A stretch of 64,000 nucleotides of DNA from Calcarisporiella thermophila CBS 279.70 (Eukaryota; Fungi; Calcarisporiellomycota). Shown here in pieces: positions 26,211-40,209 of the stretch. The DNA is taken from positions 628,714 to 692,713 of the forward strand of contig NW_027192198.1 in NCBI RefSeq assembly GCF_041956535.1, in the 5' to 3' direction. Both the position numbers and the translations under genes were made by a program. Each line of letters starts with the position of its first letter. The stretch's first letter is position 1. Under the pieces are notes generated by a model. That model was not told the DNA's origin. It was given only the letters and a program-made list of their open reading frames with translations, and did not search any database.

Positions 26211-27518
26211 CAGTGCTTTGAAACACCTCTAGCTAGACACCATGAATTATTTCCAATTGACCGATTGTTTTTTTTTTCGACATAGCTATAGCCACCATTG
26301 ATTGTATATTGGTATTATTTATACTACCCCTCATATTTCTTATTTGTCAAACGCATTTTTGTCATATACTTCTTTTAAATTGTAATTCTCAGTGTTTGGA
26401 GGGCTACGCCTGTTAATGAAACTCAACTTAGCCTTTAACTAGGATGGCAGCAAAACATCCATCTGTTGGCGTCCCAAGCAGTTTTCCACGAACCCTCCTG
26501 TGGACTGGGGGGTTTCTCTCGCCCTGTTCATACGAATAGATTCCTATTTTGAGCTGTAGCCGACATCTTGTCACACCACTTGCTTCTATTTCACTTTTTG
26601 AGTTTCCTTATGGACCATTAACTCTTTATTTACCATGGTCTATTTCAAGAATGATCAATGGGCAAAGATAAAAAGTACTCGATTCTGCTGAAGAGATGGG
26701 TCATAATTTGGAAATTATTAGAATGGAACTATCCATTAAGTTGCATTGCTTTTGTGGCCGATCCCATTCGGTCAATAAGAAAACGAGACGGAAGTGATGA
26801 ACCTATTTTCTCTCGTCTCTCGAATTCACATAATACAAAACCTGCTAGAGTAGAGCGATACTCATTCTCGGCCGATGTCAGCACCTTTGCGATCCATGAT
26901 ATCTCATGATGCTCGATTCAATTCAAGTAAAAATCATAAGTTTATGACGATGCGACACATAAATTGCCGGAGTAGTTTTTTTTTATAAAAACCGGCCCTC
27001 TTAATAAGGGCTCTTATGGAAGGCCCAAGGGCTTTTAAGCTTAAAAATGTTAATACGAAAAGGATGTGCTACCAATTCCAATGTCACAAACTGTGTAAGT
27101 GTTACCGTCCTAGAATGCGAGCAATAGTGGCTTTGGTTATAGATGGAAAAAGCTGCCAATTTTTTATTTTTTCTCTTGCTTTTTTTTTTTAAAGCGTTCG
27201 AGTCACTCGAATATCACTGAGCAGAGGAAGAGCGAGCGATCCCCCTCGAAGCAGATTAACACCCTTGGGAACAAGTTCGTGATTGACAAGGTAAAATGGC
27301 GGTGGAGAGTGATTGTTCGACTCTCGATATTCTTGTGCGACTTTCCTTTGGGTTGTCCTCCCTTCCCCCCCTCCCCCCCTTTCCCCTTAAGCAAATGCGA
27401 TTTTCTCATGTTGAGGCGGCCATTAAACCAGCATGGAGCTCTTTTTCACGCCCATTAATCACACTCTCCCTCTTTTCACCCTACGATTTCTAGATTCTCC
27501 CCGGCCCACTATAATTTC

Positions 27519-29340
27519 ATGACGGAACGCTCGGAGATTAACCATCCTGTTTCCACTCCTCAGCCGCCATCCCCGCATTCCCGAAACGTGTACACTCCAT
27601 CGTTCCAGTACACACGCCCCACCAACGCGCCCCTGATGGACAGAAAAGATCTGCTCCCCTCCGTTTCATCCCTTTCTCCGTCCATTCCTGCGATGTATCA
27701 GCATCAGCAGACGATTGCTCAGCATTTTGGGCTGCCTCCCATTAAGACTAAAATGGAGGAGAGCGGTGTATATGATGGGTAGGAGTGTGCTGTATTTAGT
27801 GATTCCATAGAATGTATGCTCATGTGTGTGTAACTCCATCGACTGAAGATATGGGGCTTCGCTCCCCGGGGGACAACGTGTAGGCGTTTCATCGCCGGTC
27901 TCCAATCCCGAGCAGGAGAATAGCGTCCCCTTCACCCATAGCTTCACTCCCCGTTCGAATGTCCAATATCATGCGCATCCGACGCAGCACCCTGCGCCCT
28001 ATCCCCCGCAGCCCCTGCAGTTCCGCCGCAATCAGCGCGCCGTGGAACAGCATCAAAGCCCTACCCCCGAGATGGCCCCATTTTTCTACCCCACGAAGCA
28101 GTTTTGCACCCTCTACTCCATGGACCGCACGAACGAGCTGCGAGTCACCGTGCATGCCAAAACCGACAAGGGCTTCTTCATCGCCGAGAACGACTGGACC
28201 TGCTATCGCCGCAACTATTTCCACGTGAGCTGCGCGTTTAATGTGCAAGGGGTGCAGCGCGAGGTGCTGGAGGACGCGGTGGTCCCGTGCATGGTGGAGG
28301 CATCGCCGGGTCAGTTGCGCGTGGTCTCGTGTTTTCTGCTCGGCATCAATGCTCGCGTGTCCAACAGCGAGAGACGCGTGGAGCTTGTGCAGCACACGCC
28401 AAAACGCGACAAAGGGCCCCAGACGACTCCCGTGCCCAAACCGGTCCTTGCCGGGGGAGACCCGAACTCAAACTCACTCGTGTCGGGCCCTCGAGCCAAT
28501 GTAGCCTGCTTTGAGCGGCTCCAATTCAAGACCGCGACGGCCAACAATGGGAAGCGTCGTGCAGCACAGCAGTACTATGTGCTACTTGTGGAGCTATGGG
28601 GGGTGTGTAGCGAGTCCGGCGAGCAAATCAAGGTTGCGGCGGCGCAGTCGGCCCCAATCGTGGTGCGTGGGCGGAGTCCTGGCCATTACGCGGACTCCAA
28701 TGCAAACGCCGGTGGAAAAGACGGCGAGTTGAAGCAGCAGCTTGACCAGAAAGGAACGGTGTATGCCATCCCCGGGCACATGGTCACCGGTGGCGACTAC
28801 TATGTGCAAGGACCAGGCGGGGATGGAAAAGCGGCGCCCGCCACCGCGAGAATAGGAAATGTAGCAACAATGACATCGGCAGAATACCCATCGCATGCAG
28901 GAGGAGGTGTTTATGTGGGATACCTACCGCCGCCGCCGCCGCCGTTTCACTCCCCCTCAAACTATGTCTATCAGGGGGGAGCGCCGCCGAATTTTGCGCC
29001 CTCCGGTGCCGACCCATTGCCGCCATCGCAGCAGCCGCCCCCACCGCAGCCTCATCGAAATGCGCCGCCCTCCTACCCTTCCCAAAGACAGCCGCAGCCA
29101 CAGAGCAACAGTGACGGGTCCTCCACTCCCTCCTCCCCCTCCTCCCCTGAACAACGGCATCCCTATTTGAACGGCCAGCGGAATGAGGCAAAACAGGAGA
29201 ATGGCGCATACCCTTTACCCCCATTCTCCGCGTCCCAATACACAGAAGGTAGGATGATCTCTGGCCCGGGTGAGACAGAATATCAAGAGAACCACGGTTC
29301 GCTTGCAGATAGAATAGCCGCGCAGAAATCAGCCTCCTAG
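27519..29340 (+). CDS. NDT80: NDT80/PhoG-family DNA-binding transcription factor
   Basis: DKGFF...DWTCYRRNYF, LVQHTPKRDKGPQ, FERLQFKTATANNGKRRAAQQYY, IVVRGRSPGHY. Intron 27779-27848 joins the N-terminal exon in frame. Confidence 0.95.
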
Positions 29341-30440
29341 TAGTCAATAGTAATAGTAATAATGTTTTTTTTTCTCAACACCAATTTATTTTTTTACTTT
29401 AGAATAATTCTTTTTTTATTCCTTCATCTCTATAAGGTCTGAACTCTTGTTTTACTTTTCTTCTCTTTGCTTTCCTCTTCTCTCTCTCTCTCCCCCCCCC
29501 CCCCCGATTGGCATGTTTTTATTCTATGATGCATCCTGTTTTTTCTTTCTCTCTCTCTCGCTTTCTCCCCCTCTATATATATTGCTTCACTTCCCCATGT
29601 ATGATCATCCATATTCTATCATCTTTTTTATTCTCGATAGGACACCAAAGATAATCTTCTTTACTTTTTCTATTTTTTTTTTCTTTTGTTATTTAAATAC
29701 GATACTGGCGATCCACTGATTGGAATAGCTCTTCTTTCACTCGTCTTTATATCCGCTTTGAATGGAATCCGCTTTCTCCTGCAATCATAAGGTGAACGAA
29801 TAAAACATAAGCCCCGCCCTCTTTCGTGCAAAGACTGGTCTCTCCCCCTTGCCAGCCGGCAGTGCCCCTCCCCTCTCCTCCGGAGGACGCGGCTCTGTCC
29901 GGCGCTGCCCCGGCTAACGGCTGTGTTATTGAGCGCGCATGATGGCCTCTGCCATAAACCCTGCGTCTGGAACGCTCGCGATAGGCCGCAACGTCGTCGC
30001 AATGACATGCTTTCGGCTGGGGGCTGAAGAGCAGTTGATTGGCGAGATCAGAGTAAGGTTTTGAAAGCAATGCCGGCCTGTGCATTCTCGGGAGATGAAA
30101 AGTCGGTCACGCCCTAAAACCGGCCGGCGGCCAAGGCCACGGCAGAAAACATAGCCTTCGTATGGCAATGGCCCGAATCAAACCCCCACGGCTTGCTGGA
30201 GGCCGCGCCCCATTGGGTGCGATCTCAATCAAGGGCCTCCGACGCGCCAAACAGCTCTAAGCACAAACGAAAAATATCTCCGCCCAGAATATTAAAAACA
30301 GAGGGGCTTCTATTCTTGGTAAAATCGCGATTAGTTTATATGGGCCTGGCCGTCGCCTCGGCCACCTCCCCTTAAGCTCTCCGAGTTTCAGCTGAAAGTA
30401 TTATGAAATCCTCCCCCCCCTCTGCTCCTCGGCATCATCC

Positions 30441-32742
30441 ATGTTTCCGGATTACAAATGCTCCAAGTCTGCCCATCCCTACTCTGTCCCTGATAAGGCT
30501 TCCTCCATGTTCTACCGTGGCTTATCTCACATCCTGTTGCCGCCTCTTCCTTCATACCCCATCCGCAAGAAGCCGGGCTCCATCGCCAATGCGAAATACG
30601 ACTATATCATTATTGGAGGTAAGGAGATGGTTGTCTCTGCGGGCTTTGCCACTTGAATCTCATCGAATGTCCCATGGATCCTTCAAGGGGGAACCGCAGG
30701 CTGTTTGCTCGCCAATAGACTTAGCGCCGACCCTCAGGTGCGGGTCCTTGTGCTCGAAGCCGGGCAATTGGACATGAAACAGGCATTTAGTCGCGCACCG
30801 TCCGCATACGAAAGGCTGTGGGGCACCGACGTACGTATTATCTGTGATTTCTGTCATCTTCCAAATATCCGCCACTAATCATGTATGATCATGGAAAGCA
30901 GTATGACTGGAACATCCTCACGTCTCCTCAAGAGAAGCTGAAAACCCGAAAGATAACTTGGCCAAGGGGCAAAATGCTGGGGGGATGCAGGTGCTTTCCG
31001 CCTGTTTTTTAATTATTGAATTTCATTTTCCGCTAATGTATTCATCCCGCTGCACTTGTATATCAATAGCTCCCTAAACGCTATGGTCTGTACCCGTAAT
31101 GCCGCCGCAGACTATGATGAGTGGGAGGCACTCGGTAACCCTGGGTGGTCCTACAAGGACATGTTCCCGTATTTCAAGAAAATCGAGACCTTCCATACCC
31201 CACCGAACTGTCGTTTTCCGATCGACCCGAATGCCCACGGCGACCACGGCGATCTCAACATTTCCTATGGTGAATACACGAGTCCAATATCCTATGAATT
31301 TATCGACGCATGTGTCCGCGAGGGATTCGGACCCATCATCGATTTGAACAACTCTGAGGGAAAGGTGCTCGGGACAGGGAGGGTGCAGGTGAGTGCGCAT
31401 TCTTGCATCGCATTGATTTCAGGGCCACCTTCCCTACTCCTCACTCATCCACGATGTCCATATCCTAGGCTTTCCTTCATAAAGGCGAGCGAGTGTCGGC
31501 CTCGTCAGCCTTCATTCCTCCGGAGCTGATACGTGCACGGAAAAACAATTTATATGTCACGATCGGGTGCCATGTGACGAGAATCCTGTTTGAAGAGAGG
31601 GACGGAGAGCCGCCACGGGCGGTTGGAGTAGAATTCAAAAGAAAACCAAAGGGTGCGTTTTCCTTATTTACTTTTACTTTTCCTGCGCTCTGGCACCCTC
31701 TTCTTTCCTCTATGTTCCCCTCACAATTCTATCTCTGCATCACCATGCTAACCGCGATCATCCTCCCTTTTTAGGCCCCATTTACAAAGTGTTTGCAACG
31801 AGCGAGGTCATCCTAAGCGCCGGCACCATCCACTCCCCACACATCCTTCTCCTTAGCGGTATCGGCGACGAAGCGCATCTTCGCGAACACGGAATTCGCC
31901 CCGTCGTTCATCTGCCGGGCGTTGGGCGCAACCTACTCGATCACTTGTCATGCAGTCTGAACTATATCCCCAGGAAAGGGATGTCGATACACTCCTTCTT
32001 TCTTAACCCCATCCCGCACGTGTTGGAGTGGATGAGACACCGGACCGGGCTCGTCACCTCCAATCTCACTGAGGCCTCTGCCTTCTGGCGGGTGGAGCTC
32101 CCCCCCAGCTCCACCGCCGGCGACAGCAAGCACTACGAGGGGCCCAATGTGGAGACACTGGGCATCATCGGGCAACTGGGCTGCAACTCCCCGAACCTCA
32201 ACATGAAAAAGCGATTCCTCGACTTCTACACCAGGGACTACTACTCCATCTGTGTCATCCTCCTCAAGCCAAACTCGGTCGGCCGCATCACACTGGCCTC
32301 CGCCGACCCATTCGATATGCCCGTGGTGAATCCAAACTACTTGGAGGACGAGCGCGACCGGAAGATCTTGGTCGAGGCGGTGCGGCGGAGTATGCGTGTG
32401 GGGGAGGATCTGAAGCGCTCGGGTATGATCCTGCGGGACTACTGTGTTCCCCAGACGAAGCCCAACGAGTCCGAGGAAGAGGCCATAAGAAGGCACATTG
32501 AGCTGCAGTCCGACACGATGTTCCATCCGACTTCGACTTGCAAAATGGGCCCCGACACGGACCCCATGGCGGTGGTGGATGGGGAGCTGCGTTTGCGCGG
32601 GGTAAAGGGATTGAGGGTGGTCGACTGCAGCGTGTTCCCCTCGGTACCGGCCGGCCATACCAGCTATCCGGTCATGGCCGTTGCGGAGCGGGCGAGTGAA
32701 TTCATCCTCAAAGCTAGGCGGGCGAGTCAGCCGGAAGGCTGA
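30441..32742 (+). CDS. GMC oxidoreductase (AA3), tandem copy 1
   Basis: [79 protein letters not shown]. Five introns splice in frame. Confidence 0.95.
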
Positions 32743-33256
32743 GTGAGTCGCAGCGGCTCCCTCCCCCCTCCCCCCCATCCCACCCTGGATAGCTGTGGTG
32801 TTTAAGCGCTGTATTAGCTTGGTTCTCCTTTCGGCAACTTTGTATATCTTCACCGCACCTTAGTTTGGTTACTATTAATTTTGTTCCATCTAAATCCAGT
32901 TTCTTCATCTTGTCGAGAGTTGGCCGTATTTAAAATGAACAGGGTCTTTTTTGCTAACCAATAAACCCAGATTGGATTGGAGGACCTTTGCCAGGCCTTC
33001 CATCTATAGCAGGGATGGTCACAAGACATTTCTGGCGAGCATCCGCGGAGGGTAGAAAATTAAGCTCACAATCCCGTGAAAAAAATAGAGAGCCGTGGGG
33101 GGAATGATCGCGGGAAGCGAGTGCGGCCAGAAATTATAGACTCGAACACCCTATTTAATAAAATTTTTCCCAAGTAACGTTTGCTGCATTTCTGCTCTGT
33201 TCTCGCCTCGCTGTTATTGTATCTGCTTATCTCGCTGATTCAGCCCTACCAATCCC

Positions 33257-35563
33257 ATGTCTTCCCTTCAGATTCAACGTGTCTTCTCCCAGAGGCTGCA
33301 TACGATCCTGCTTGCCAGCTTCCTTGTGGTGGTCATTTTGCGGCGCCGGGCGCGCCAAAAATTTCTGAATCCATACCCCCGCATCAGCTATGTCCGCAAT
33401 ATTATCATGAACATCTTCTCGCGTTTGCTGCTCTCCCGCATGGACACCATCACCTATCCTATCCACATCAGCCCGAAAACCTTTGGCAATGACAGATACG
33501 ACTACATTATCATTGGAGGTAACATGACACATTGACATTCTCCGGAATAATGGGTGGTAGACTCATCCCATTCTGATCGAACAGGCGGAACCGCTGGTTG
33601 CGTTCTCGCAAACAGGCTCAGTGTCGATCCGCGTGTAAAAGTGCTCGTGCTGGAAGCAGGCCCAAGCGATCACAATGTTGCATTCAGTCGCATGCCGGTT
33701 TCCATGGAAAGAATGTGGGGCACCACCGTGAGTTGAGAAATTTTCCCACCCTCTCTATTACCCTTATCCAGAATGCTAACGCTCATTGGGGATTTTTCAG
33801 GTTGACTGGAACATCCTGACAACCCCACAACCTCAGCTGGACAATCGCAAGATGGTCTGGCCAAGAGGAAAATTACTTGGAGGCTCAAGGTGAGCTCTAA
33901 TCCAACCAGCCCCATGCCCCTTTCTTCCGATTCATCTCGAATGTTTGTGCTTTTAATCTTTTGTTAGTTCGATCAATGCCATGGTTTGTACCCGCTGCGC
34001 AGCCGCTGACTATGACGAGTGGGAGACACTGGGCAACCCGGGCTGGTCCTTCAAAGATTTATATCCTTATTTCAAACGAATAGAGACGATACACCCTTCA
34101 AGAAACAAGGCTTTTCCGCTTGACGTGAAGGCGCACGGTACCGACGGCGAGGTGGATGTCACCTACCCCACCTATACCGGCGTCTTGACCTATGACTTTA
34201 TCGATTCGTGCAAGCGAGAAAATCTCGGGCCCATTATTGACTTCAACAATTCCGAGGGAAATTTGATAGGAGCAGGACGATTCCAGGTGAGTGTGCAGCC
34301 ATCCCCTCGGACGGCCTCATTCAGTGCGGCGAGCTGAACCTGTCGTCTCTTGAAATTTCCGTAGGCTTTACTCTATAATGGGGAGCGCGTGTCCTCTTCG
34401 TCGGCCTTCATCTCTCCGCAAGTGCTAAGGGAACGGCCCAATTTGACCGTGGCCATTGGGGCCCATGTGACCCGCATTTTGTTCGACGAGCAAGGCGGCG
34501 AGCAGCCGCGAGCAATTGGGGTTGAATTCAAAAAGCACGTTAACGGTGGGTTGTGTTCCAAGAGCTTCGCAAATGCCTTTGGCAATGCTGACCGTCGTTT
34601 CATTTCCGATCCTCTTTAGGAAAAGTACACAAAGTCTATGCGAATCGCGAGGTTATATTAAGCGCTGGCGCTATCCATTCTCCACACATCCTCCTCCTCA
34701 GCGGCATCGGGGAAGAGTCGCACCTTCGCCAGCATGGCATCCGCCCCGTCGCCAATCTACCCGGGGTTGGGAAGAACCTGTTGGACCACCTCCTATGCTC
34801 CCTCAACTATGTTACGCAGAAAGGCAACTCCATCCACACCTTCTTCCCCAATGTGGTGTCCGAGCTGAAAAAGTGGTCGCGGCATAGGTCGGGGATGGCA
34901 ACCTCCCACGTAGCCGAGGCGGCCGCCTTTTGGAAGCATGATCTGCCCAATGAACCCGGAAATAGTGCCTACAGCGGGCCGAACTTGGAGGCCATTGCCA
35001 TCAACGCGCTTCTGGGCTGCAATTCGCCCATTAAGCAGACGACGACCGGAATAGCAGACTTCTACACCCGTGATTTCTTCTCGCTTTGTGGGATCTTGTT
35101 GAAGCCGTACTCGTCTGGGAGTGTCTCGCTTGCATCTGCGAACCCATTCGATATGCCCGTGGTGGATGCAAACTACCTCTCTGACCCTCGCGACTGGGAG
35201 CTCATGATCGAGGTTGTCCGAAAATGCAAGCGGATAGGGGATGACATGAGGCTTTCGGGTCGGATATTGTACGACTACTGCGTCCCACGCATCGAGCAAG
35301 GGGAGACCGAGGAAGAGGCACTGCGAAGGCACATCCGATTGCAATCACAAACCGTCTTCCATCCCACGTCCACTTGCAAGATGGGACCCGATTCCGACCC
35401 GATGGCAGTCGTGGATGCAGAGCTGCGGGTACGCGGGGTCAGAGGATTACGCGTGGTCGACTGTAGTGTGTTCCCAACGATTCCCGCCGGGCACACATGT
35501 GTGCCCGCCATGGCGGTGGCAGAGCGAGCCAGTGACATTATTCTCGGGGCGAGCCGAGCCTAG
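33257..35563 (+). CDS. GMC oxidoreductase (AA3), tandem copy 2, with N-terminal hydrophobic anchor
   Basis: Same motifs and intron positions as copy 1. N-terminal [12 protein letters not shown] followed by RRRAR. Confidence 0.95.
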
Positions 35564-35812
35564 TCTACTGTTAACTTGTATCATCATGTTGTTTCTATAT
35601 TTCAATTAGCCTTAGCTAGGAGCGATCATCTTTCTGTATTGAAGAGAACTGAAATGTCTTCACTAATAAACGTCTAACGCGTGTTGTGTTAGGGCTCCGC
35701 AAATTAACCAGCCCGTGGTGGCAAAGTTGCATAAACCGATCACCATAAAAAAATAGTCCGCCCATTTTTCCCTCTCCTGAGGAATTTTTATTTTCCTAAC
35801 CCATTTTGCCAC

Positions 35813-37202
35813 ATGGGAAAATCGCGACTTACGGTCGATCCTGAATACGAGCGGCTTCCACAAGAGGGAGCGCCTGAGGGGGAAAAGCTGCAAGAGCGCT
35901 CGCTCATCCGATCCTTTATTCGTATGCTCTTCCATGTAGAAATTGCAACCTTATTCAGGGTTCATTCATTGCATCCTTTTTCCCATGGCTAGCATCATCC
36001 ATCGGGAGCTTAGCCGAGAAGGCGGAGCGAGTTTCGTTTAAGACATGGCTAGTCGTCATCCTAACCATATGTGTAATTTTGAGAGTTGCTATATATTTTA
36101 TGCCCGCCCCTAGCATTGGTGTAAGAGCTTAGTGTGGATTTCCTCCCCTAATAACAGCATTAATGGCTATGAATTCTATAGCCTGTTTCCCCTGGCAGCA
36201 TGGAAAAGCCGGTAGCCCATAAGCACGTCCCATGCGACGAGGAATCAATGTATCCATTCGATGGGCCAAGAGAATTTCTTGTCGATCCAGCTCAATTCCA
36301 CACCACCTCCATTTCCGTGGAAGGTCGGGTGATGGTAAGCGTGGCAACCCTCTCTAACTCCAGATTGTATCGTGAATTCCTTCCTGCTTTACCTCTTCTT
36401 CTATTGTCCATAGCACGGCTTCACTACCATTCGTCTTGCACCAGATCCTACAGCCACTCATCTGAACATCACACTCAACATTAGCATCAATGATGATTCG
36501 CTTCGAAACCACGTATATATATCCCAAAGCGATTCCACCAAGGACTACGCTCTCAAGGTATCGGTGCCGCAATCTCTACGCCCCGATTATTGTGTACAGG
36601 TGAACATGGTCATAGAGGTCCCCACTGAACTAATGGAATTGCGGGAGTTAGTGGTGAACATGCCGAATAGCGAAATAAGGGTAGAGGATATGTCGAGAGT
36701 CCAATTCAAGACATTCATAGCATTCACCATGAGCGGGGATGCAATAGTACAGGTAAAGTAGAGAAAAATAAAATGGGAATCACTGGAGTGGAATTGCTAA
36801 CCCATCCTTTAGAATCTCAAGTCGGAAAAGATTGATGTATCCAGCGTGAACGGCCGCGTGGAGGGGTCTTTTATTACAGGCGGGGATCTCCAGCTTGCCT
36901 CCACCAATGGAGAGATTGCAGCTGAAGTGTATCCTGTTGCCGGCAATGATGTTCACCTCTCCGCTGAATCCGTAAATGGAGATGTCCATATGAATGTCCC
37001 CGATGCAGCTTATGAAGGCTATTTCTCGATGAAGACGGCGCTGGGACAAGCGACGGTTGGAGTGGCCAATGGGAAAGAGCGCTTGCATTTCGATGTAAAT
37101 AAGCCTTGGATGAAGAGTGGGTATAAAAAAGGGCCCGGGGTGACGCGGTCAGAGATACAAATGCAAACTACCAATGGAGACGTCGACTTGACCTTCATTT
37201 GA
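35813..37202 (+). CDS. Type II membrane protein with DUF4097-like (adhesin-like) beta-strand repeats
   Basis: Hand-spliced: MGKSRL..., transmembrane WLVVILTICVILRVAIYF, then repeats TMSGDA, SVNGRV, STNGEI, SVNGDV, TTNGDV. Confidence 0.75.
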
Positions 37203-37376
37203 GGGCAAAAATGGGGCCCAGATTGTTGTCTTCCCATCGTCGGTTGTAAATTCGTACTTTGATATAACTCCATGTCTGTATTCGATAGCAAAAAAATATA
37301 TATATCAGCATATAGTATGAAATTCATTGTAACATTTTGGGGGAGGGGGGGAAGGGGGAAGGAATCTTTGGGGGTG

Positions 37377-37384
37377 TGACGTCA
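37377..37384. promoter_or_regulatory. Palindromic CRE (ATF/CREB-type) site upstream of the YTH gene
   Basis: Exact TGACGTCA about 390 nt before the ATG and upstream of a 5'UTR intron. Function not demonstrated. Confidence 0.35.
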
Positions 37385-37770
37385 ACTTTTAATTTGAAGT
37401 CTTTAGACACCACGTTTTTTTTATGAAGCGGTTTGTGTTCCCACAAAAGAGAACAAACAGTCACCACCGTACATGGTGAATTCCTTAATTCGTTAATCCC
37501 CATATCCGCTACGTAGTTTGTCTCCTCTCTTTTGCTAAGGATCGCTTGATTTGATCCCTTGAATCGTAAATAAACCGCATCCGTGTTCTTTCAGTGGCTT
37601 TTCGCATCGTACGGTAATTGTTAATTATTCTCTGAGCCTATTTGGCATTCCTTTGGACTACCCATTCCATCAGTGAAGCACCATTGGGCTAGCTCCTGGT
37701 CTCGCTCCCCATTATGCTCTTATTGATTGCTTCTTCTTCATAGGTGCAATTTCCCTCTCCCAAGTGAATA

Positions 37771-40209
37771 ATGGCGGATCTTCACAAGCCCGGTCCCCAA
37801 AACTTTCTAGATCCTGCCCCAACTGATCTGCGACTTTCTGCATTTCGTCCTGACAACATGGCTACTGAATACAGATACCCCGATCTTCGCCAGCAGGAAT
37901 CCTCTGGACGCGAAGCACCTGCTGACTGGTTCCCTCTTCCCAAGCATGAGTCGGCGAACTGGCCGCGAACCCTTTCCAACGCTATCGTTCCGACAGAGAG
38001 TTGGGATTTGTATGGTGCAGAAAGGCGAATGAAATCCAATGATGCAAGCGGATATCCCAGAGGTTCGGAGGCGCCCATGTCGGTAGGACATGGTGCCGGT
38101 GTTGAGCTAGGAAATGACAGAGTCAGAGGAAGATCGCTAGAAAACCCCACGCATGATGCTAATAACGTACCCTCGTCCCCCTCCTCACTGAGGCCATCGG
38201 GCGCATTCTCCGCAGCACGGCCTTCATCCTCAGGTCGGAGCAACGTTGCATTCACCACTTCTCCCAAATTCCAACGTAGGTTTTATTTTTTAAAACAAAC
38301 CATCTTGAAGCCAATGAACTAAAACGTGGCCATATTCACAATAGCTTTTGATGAGTTACCTTGTCTTTCCAAAGCGGCTTTAGGCTCTGGTTTCAACCAT
38401 CCCGGATATGACGACGGTCCAAATGCTCGGCTGGATGCTATTGACGCCAACGATCCAGTCCATCCTCAAAAGAGTTTCGGTAATAACCCAATGCTTTGGC
38501 CCATGGAGAAAACGCCGTCGGTGGAGCATATTTCACCGCTCCATAACCCAGTCCCCTATACCTATTCATCTGAACTTTCTGATGCACACCCGGCATTCCC
38601 CTCCCGCTTACAACCATCTCTCCGTAGTGATATATTTGGGCCTCTGGACAACATCCTTCCCGCGACTCCTTCCGTAAACAATATCAATACCACCGCCCGT
38701 CCCTCTTCAATGGGTTCAGTCTCCACCACCAACAATAAGGATTCGCTCTCAGCGGCACGAATTGCATTCCATAAGGCTGGAGATTTGCTGTCTGATGTGT
38801 CCGAGAGACCAGGACGGCTCTCCGAGCGCTTCCCAAAGGTGGACTCGGTACAACCGCCCTTCAATCCGTTCAATTTTGGAGCCGAATACGTGCAAACTCA
38901 CTCGGGGGGCGCGATGAATAACGGCGGAAACAGAGGTGATAGGGATGCATTTTCCCGTGGCGGTGCCGTTGGGGTTGGCAGTGGGGGTTTTGGCGAGGGT
39001 GATATGAAAATGCGGCTAGGTTCAGGCGGGAGCCGTGCCCCGGCGAACGCTATGGCAGATGGTCGCGGTGTCCGTGGAGGCTATATACGCCGAAACCCAC
39101 AGGAGATGAATTACATCTATGGCGAGATGAATGCGGCTCCGCTGGCACACTTGCCATCGAGCGATAGACAGATTCTAGCTGATCCGCTAGAACTCGCCCA
39201 GAGAATGAATGAGCTCAGCCTGAACGCCGGCACCTATACCAATAGCAATGGTGGCGCTAAAGAGCGTGGAGGTCCGGATTTTGGACCCTGGCTCGACCCA
39301 GCGGATATTGATCGAGTGTCTCCGCTAATGCCTGGCCCCCACGGGAAACCTGTTTCTGCGCCCGCAAGTCTTTGGCCTGCCTCCACCTCCCCACAGCCTT
39401 CCGCCGGCACCGCTAATCCGGCTACCGCGCGGACGCCCGAACGCAACCTGCAGTCCGCTCCTTCGTCACTTGGCCGAGGGGAAACCACGAGCAAGATGCC
39501 TGCGAGCCTAGCGCACAAGGGCTTAAATCCGCCCCACTTTGACCTCAACCCGGTGAACGCCCGATTTTTCGTTATCAAGTCATACACCGAGGACGATGTC
39601 CACAAGAGCCTGAAGTATGACATCTGGGCAAGCACAGAGATCGGCAATCGGCGGCTCGACAAGGCGTTTCGGGAGAACGAGAACAAGGGGCCGATCTATT
39701 TGTTTTTTAGTGTGAATACGAGGTGGGTGCTCTGTGATGTCGAGGCGGTCGCGAAGAATATAGGACTGACCATTCCTCCTTCATTTTTAGTGGGCACTTT
39801 TGCGGGATGGCCCAGATGATCACCCCGGTCGACTACTCGACGAGCAGCAATGTGTGGGCCCAAGATAAGTGGAAGGGGGTGTTCAAGGTACGGTGGATAT
39901 TTGTGAAGGATATACCCAACGCGCAACTGCGTCACATTCGCGTCATGTAAGTCATCCTGCTAATAATTTCGGGGGGGGGGGGACCACCTAGGGCAAGGCT
40001 AACCGCGCCATTTTTTTTTATTATTTGCATCTTCCCTTAGCAATAATGATAACAAGCCTGTAACGAATAGCCGTGATACACAGGAAATCTTTGCCGAGCC
40101 CGGCTGTGAGATGCTTCGCATGTTCTACGAGTATCGTAATCGCACCTCGATCTTGGACGACTTTGAGTGGTATGATCAAAAGCAGACCGCGCGGGGGCGT
40201 GAGAGTTAA
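37771..40209 (+). CDS. YTH-domain m6A reader (YTHDF/Pho92-like) with long disordered N-terminus
   Basis: [72 protein letters not shown]. Aromatic-cage Trp residues are present. Confidence 0.95.

Noticed and set aside
31948-32853. 301-aa antisense ORF over GMC1 (and similar ORFs over GMC2, AA5 and the thiolase)
   Set aside because: Expected by-product of GC3-rich sense codons.
27519-40209. NDT80 + YTH as a meiotic cluster with MSE sites
   Set aside because: The genes are separated by unrelated genes. CACAAA matches (about 27085 and 37442) are single and expected by chance.
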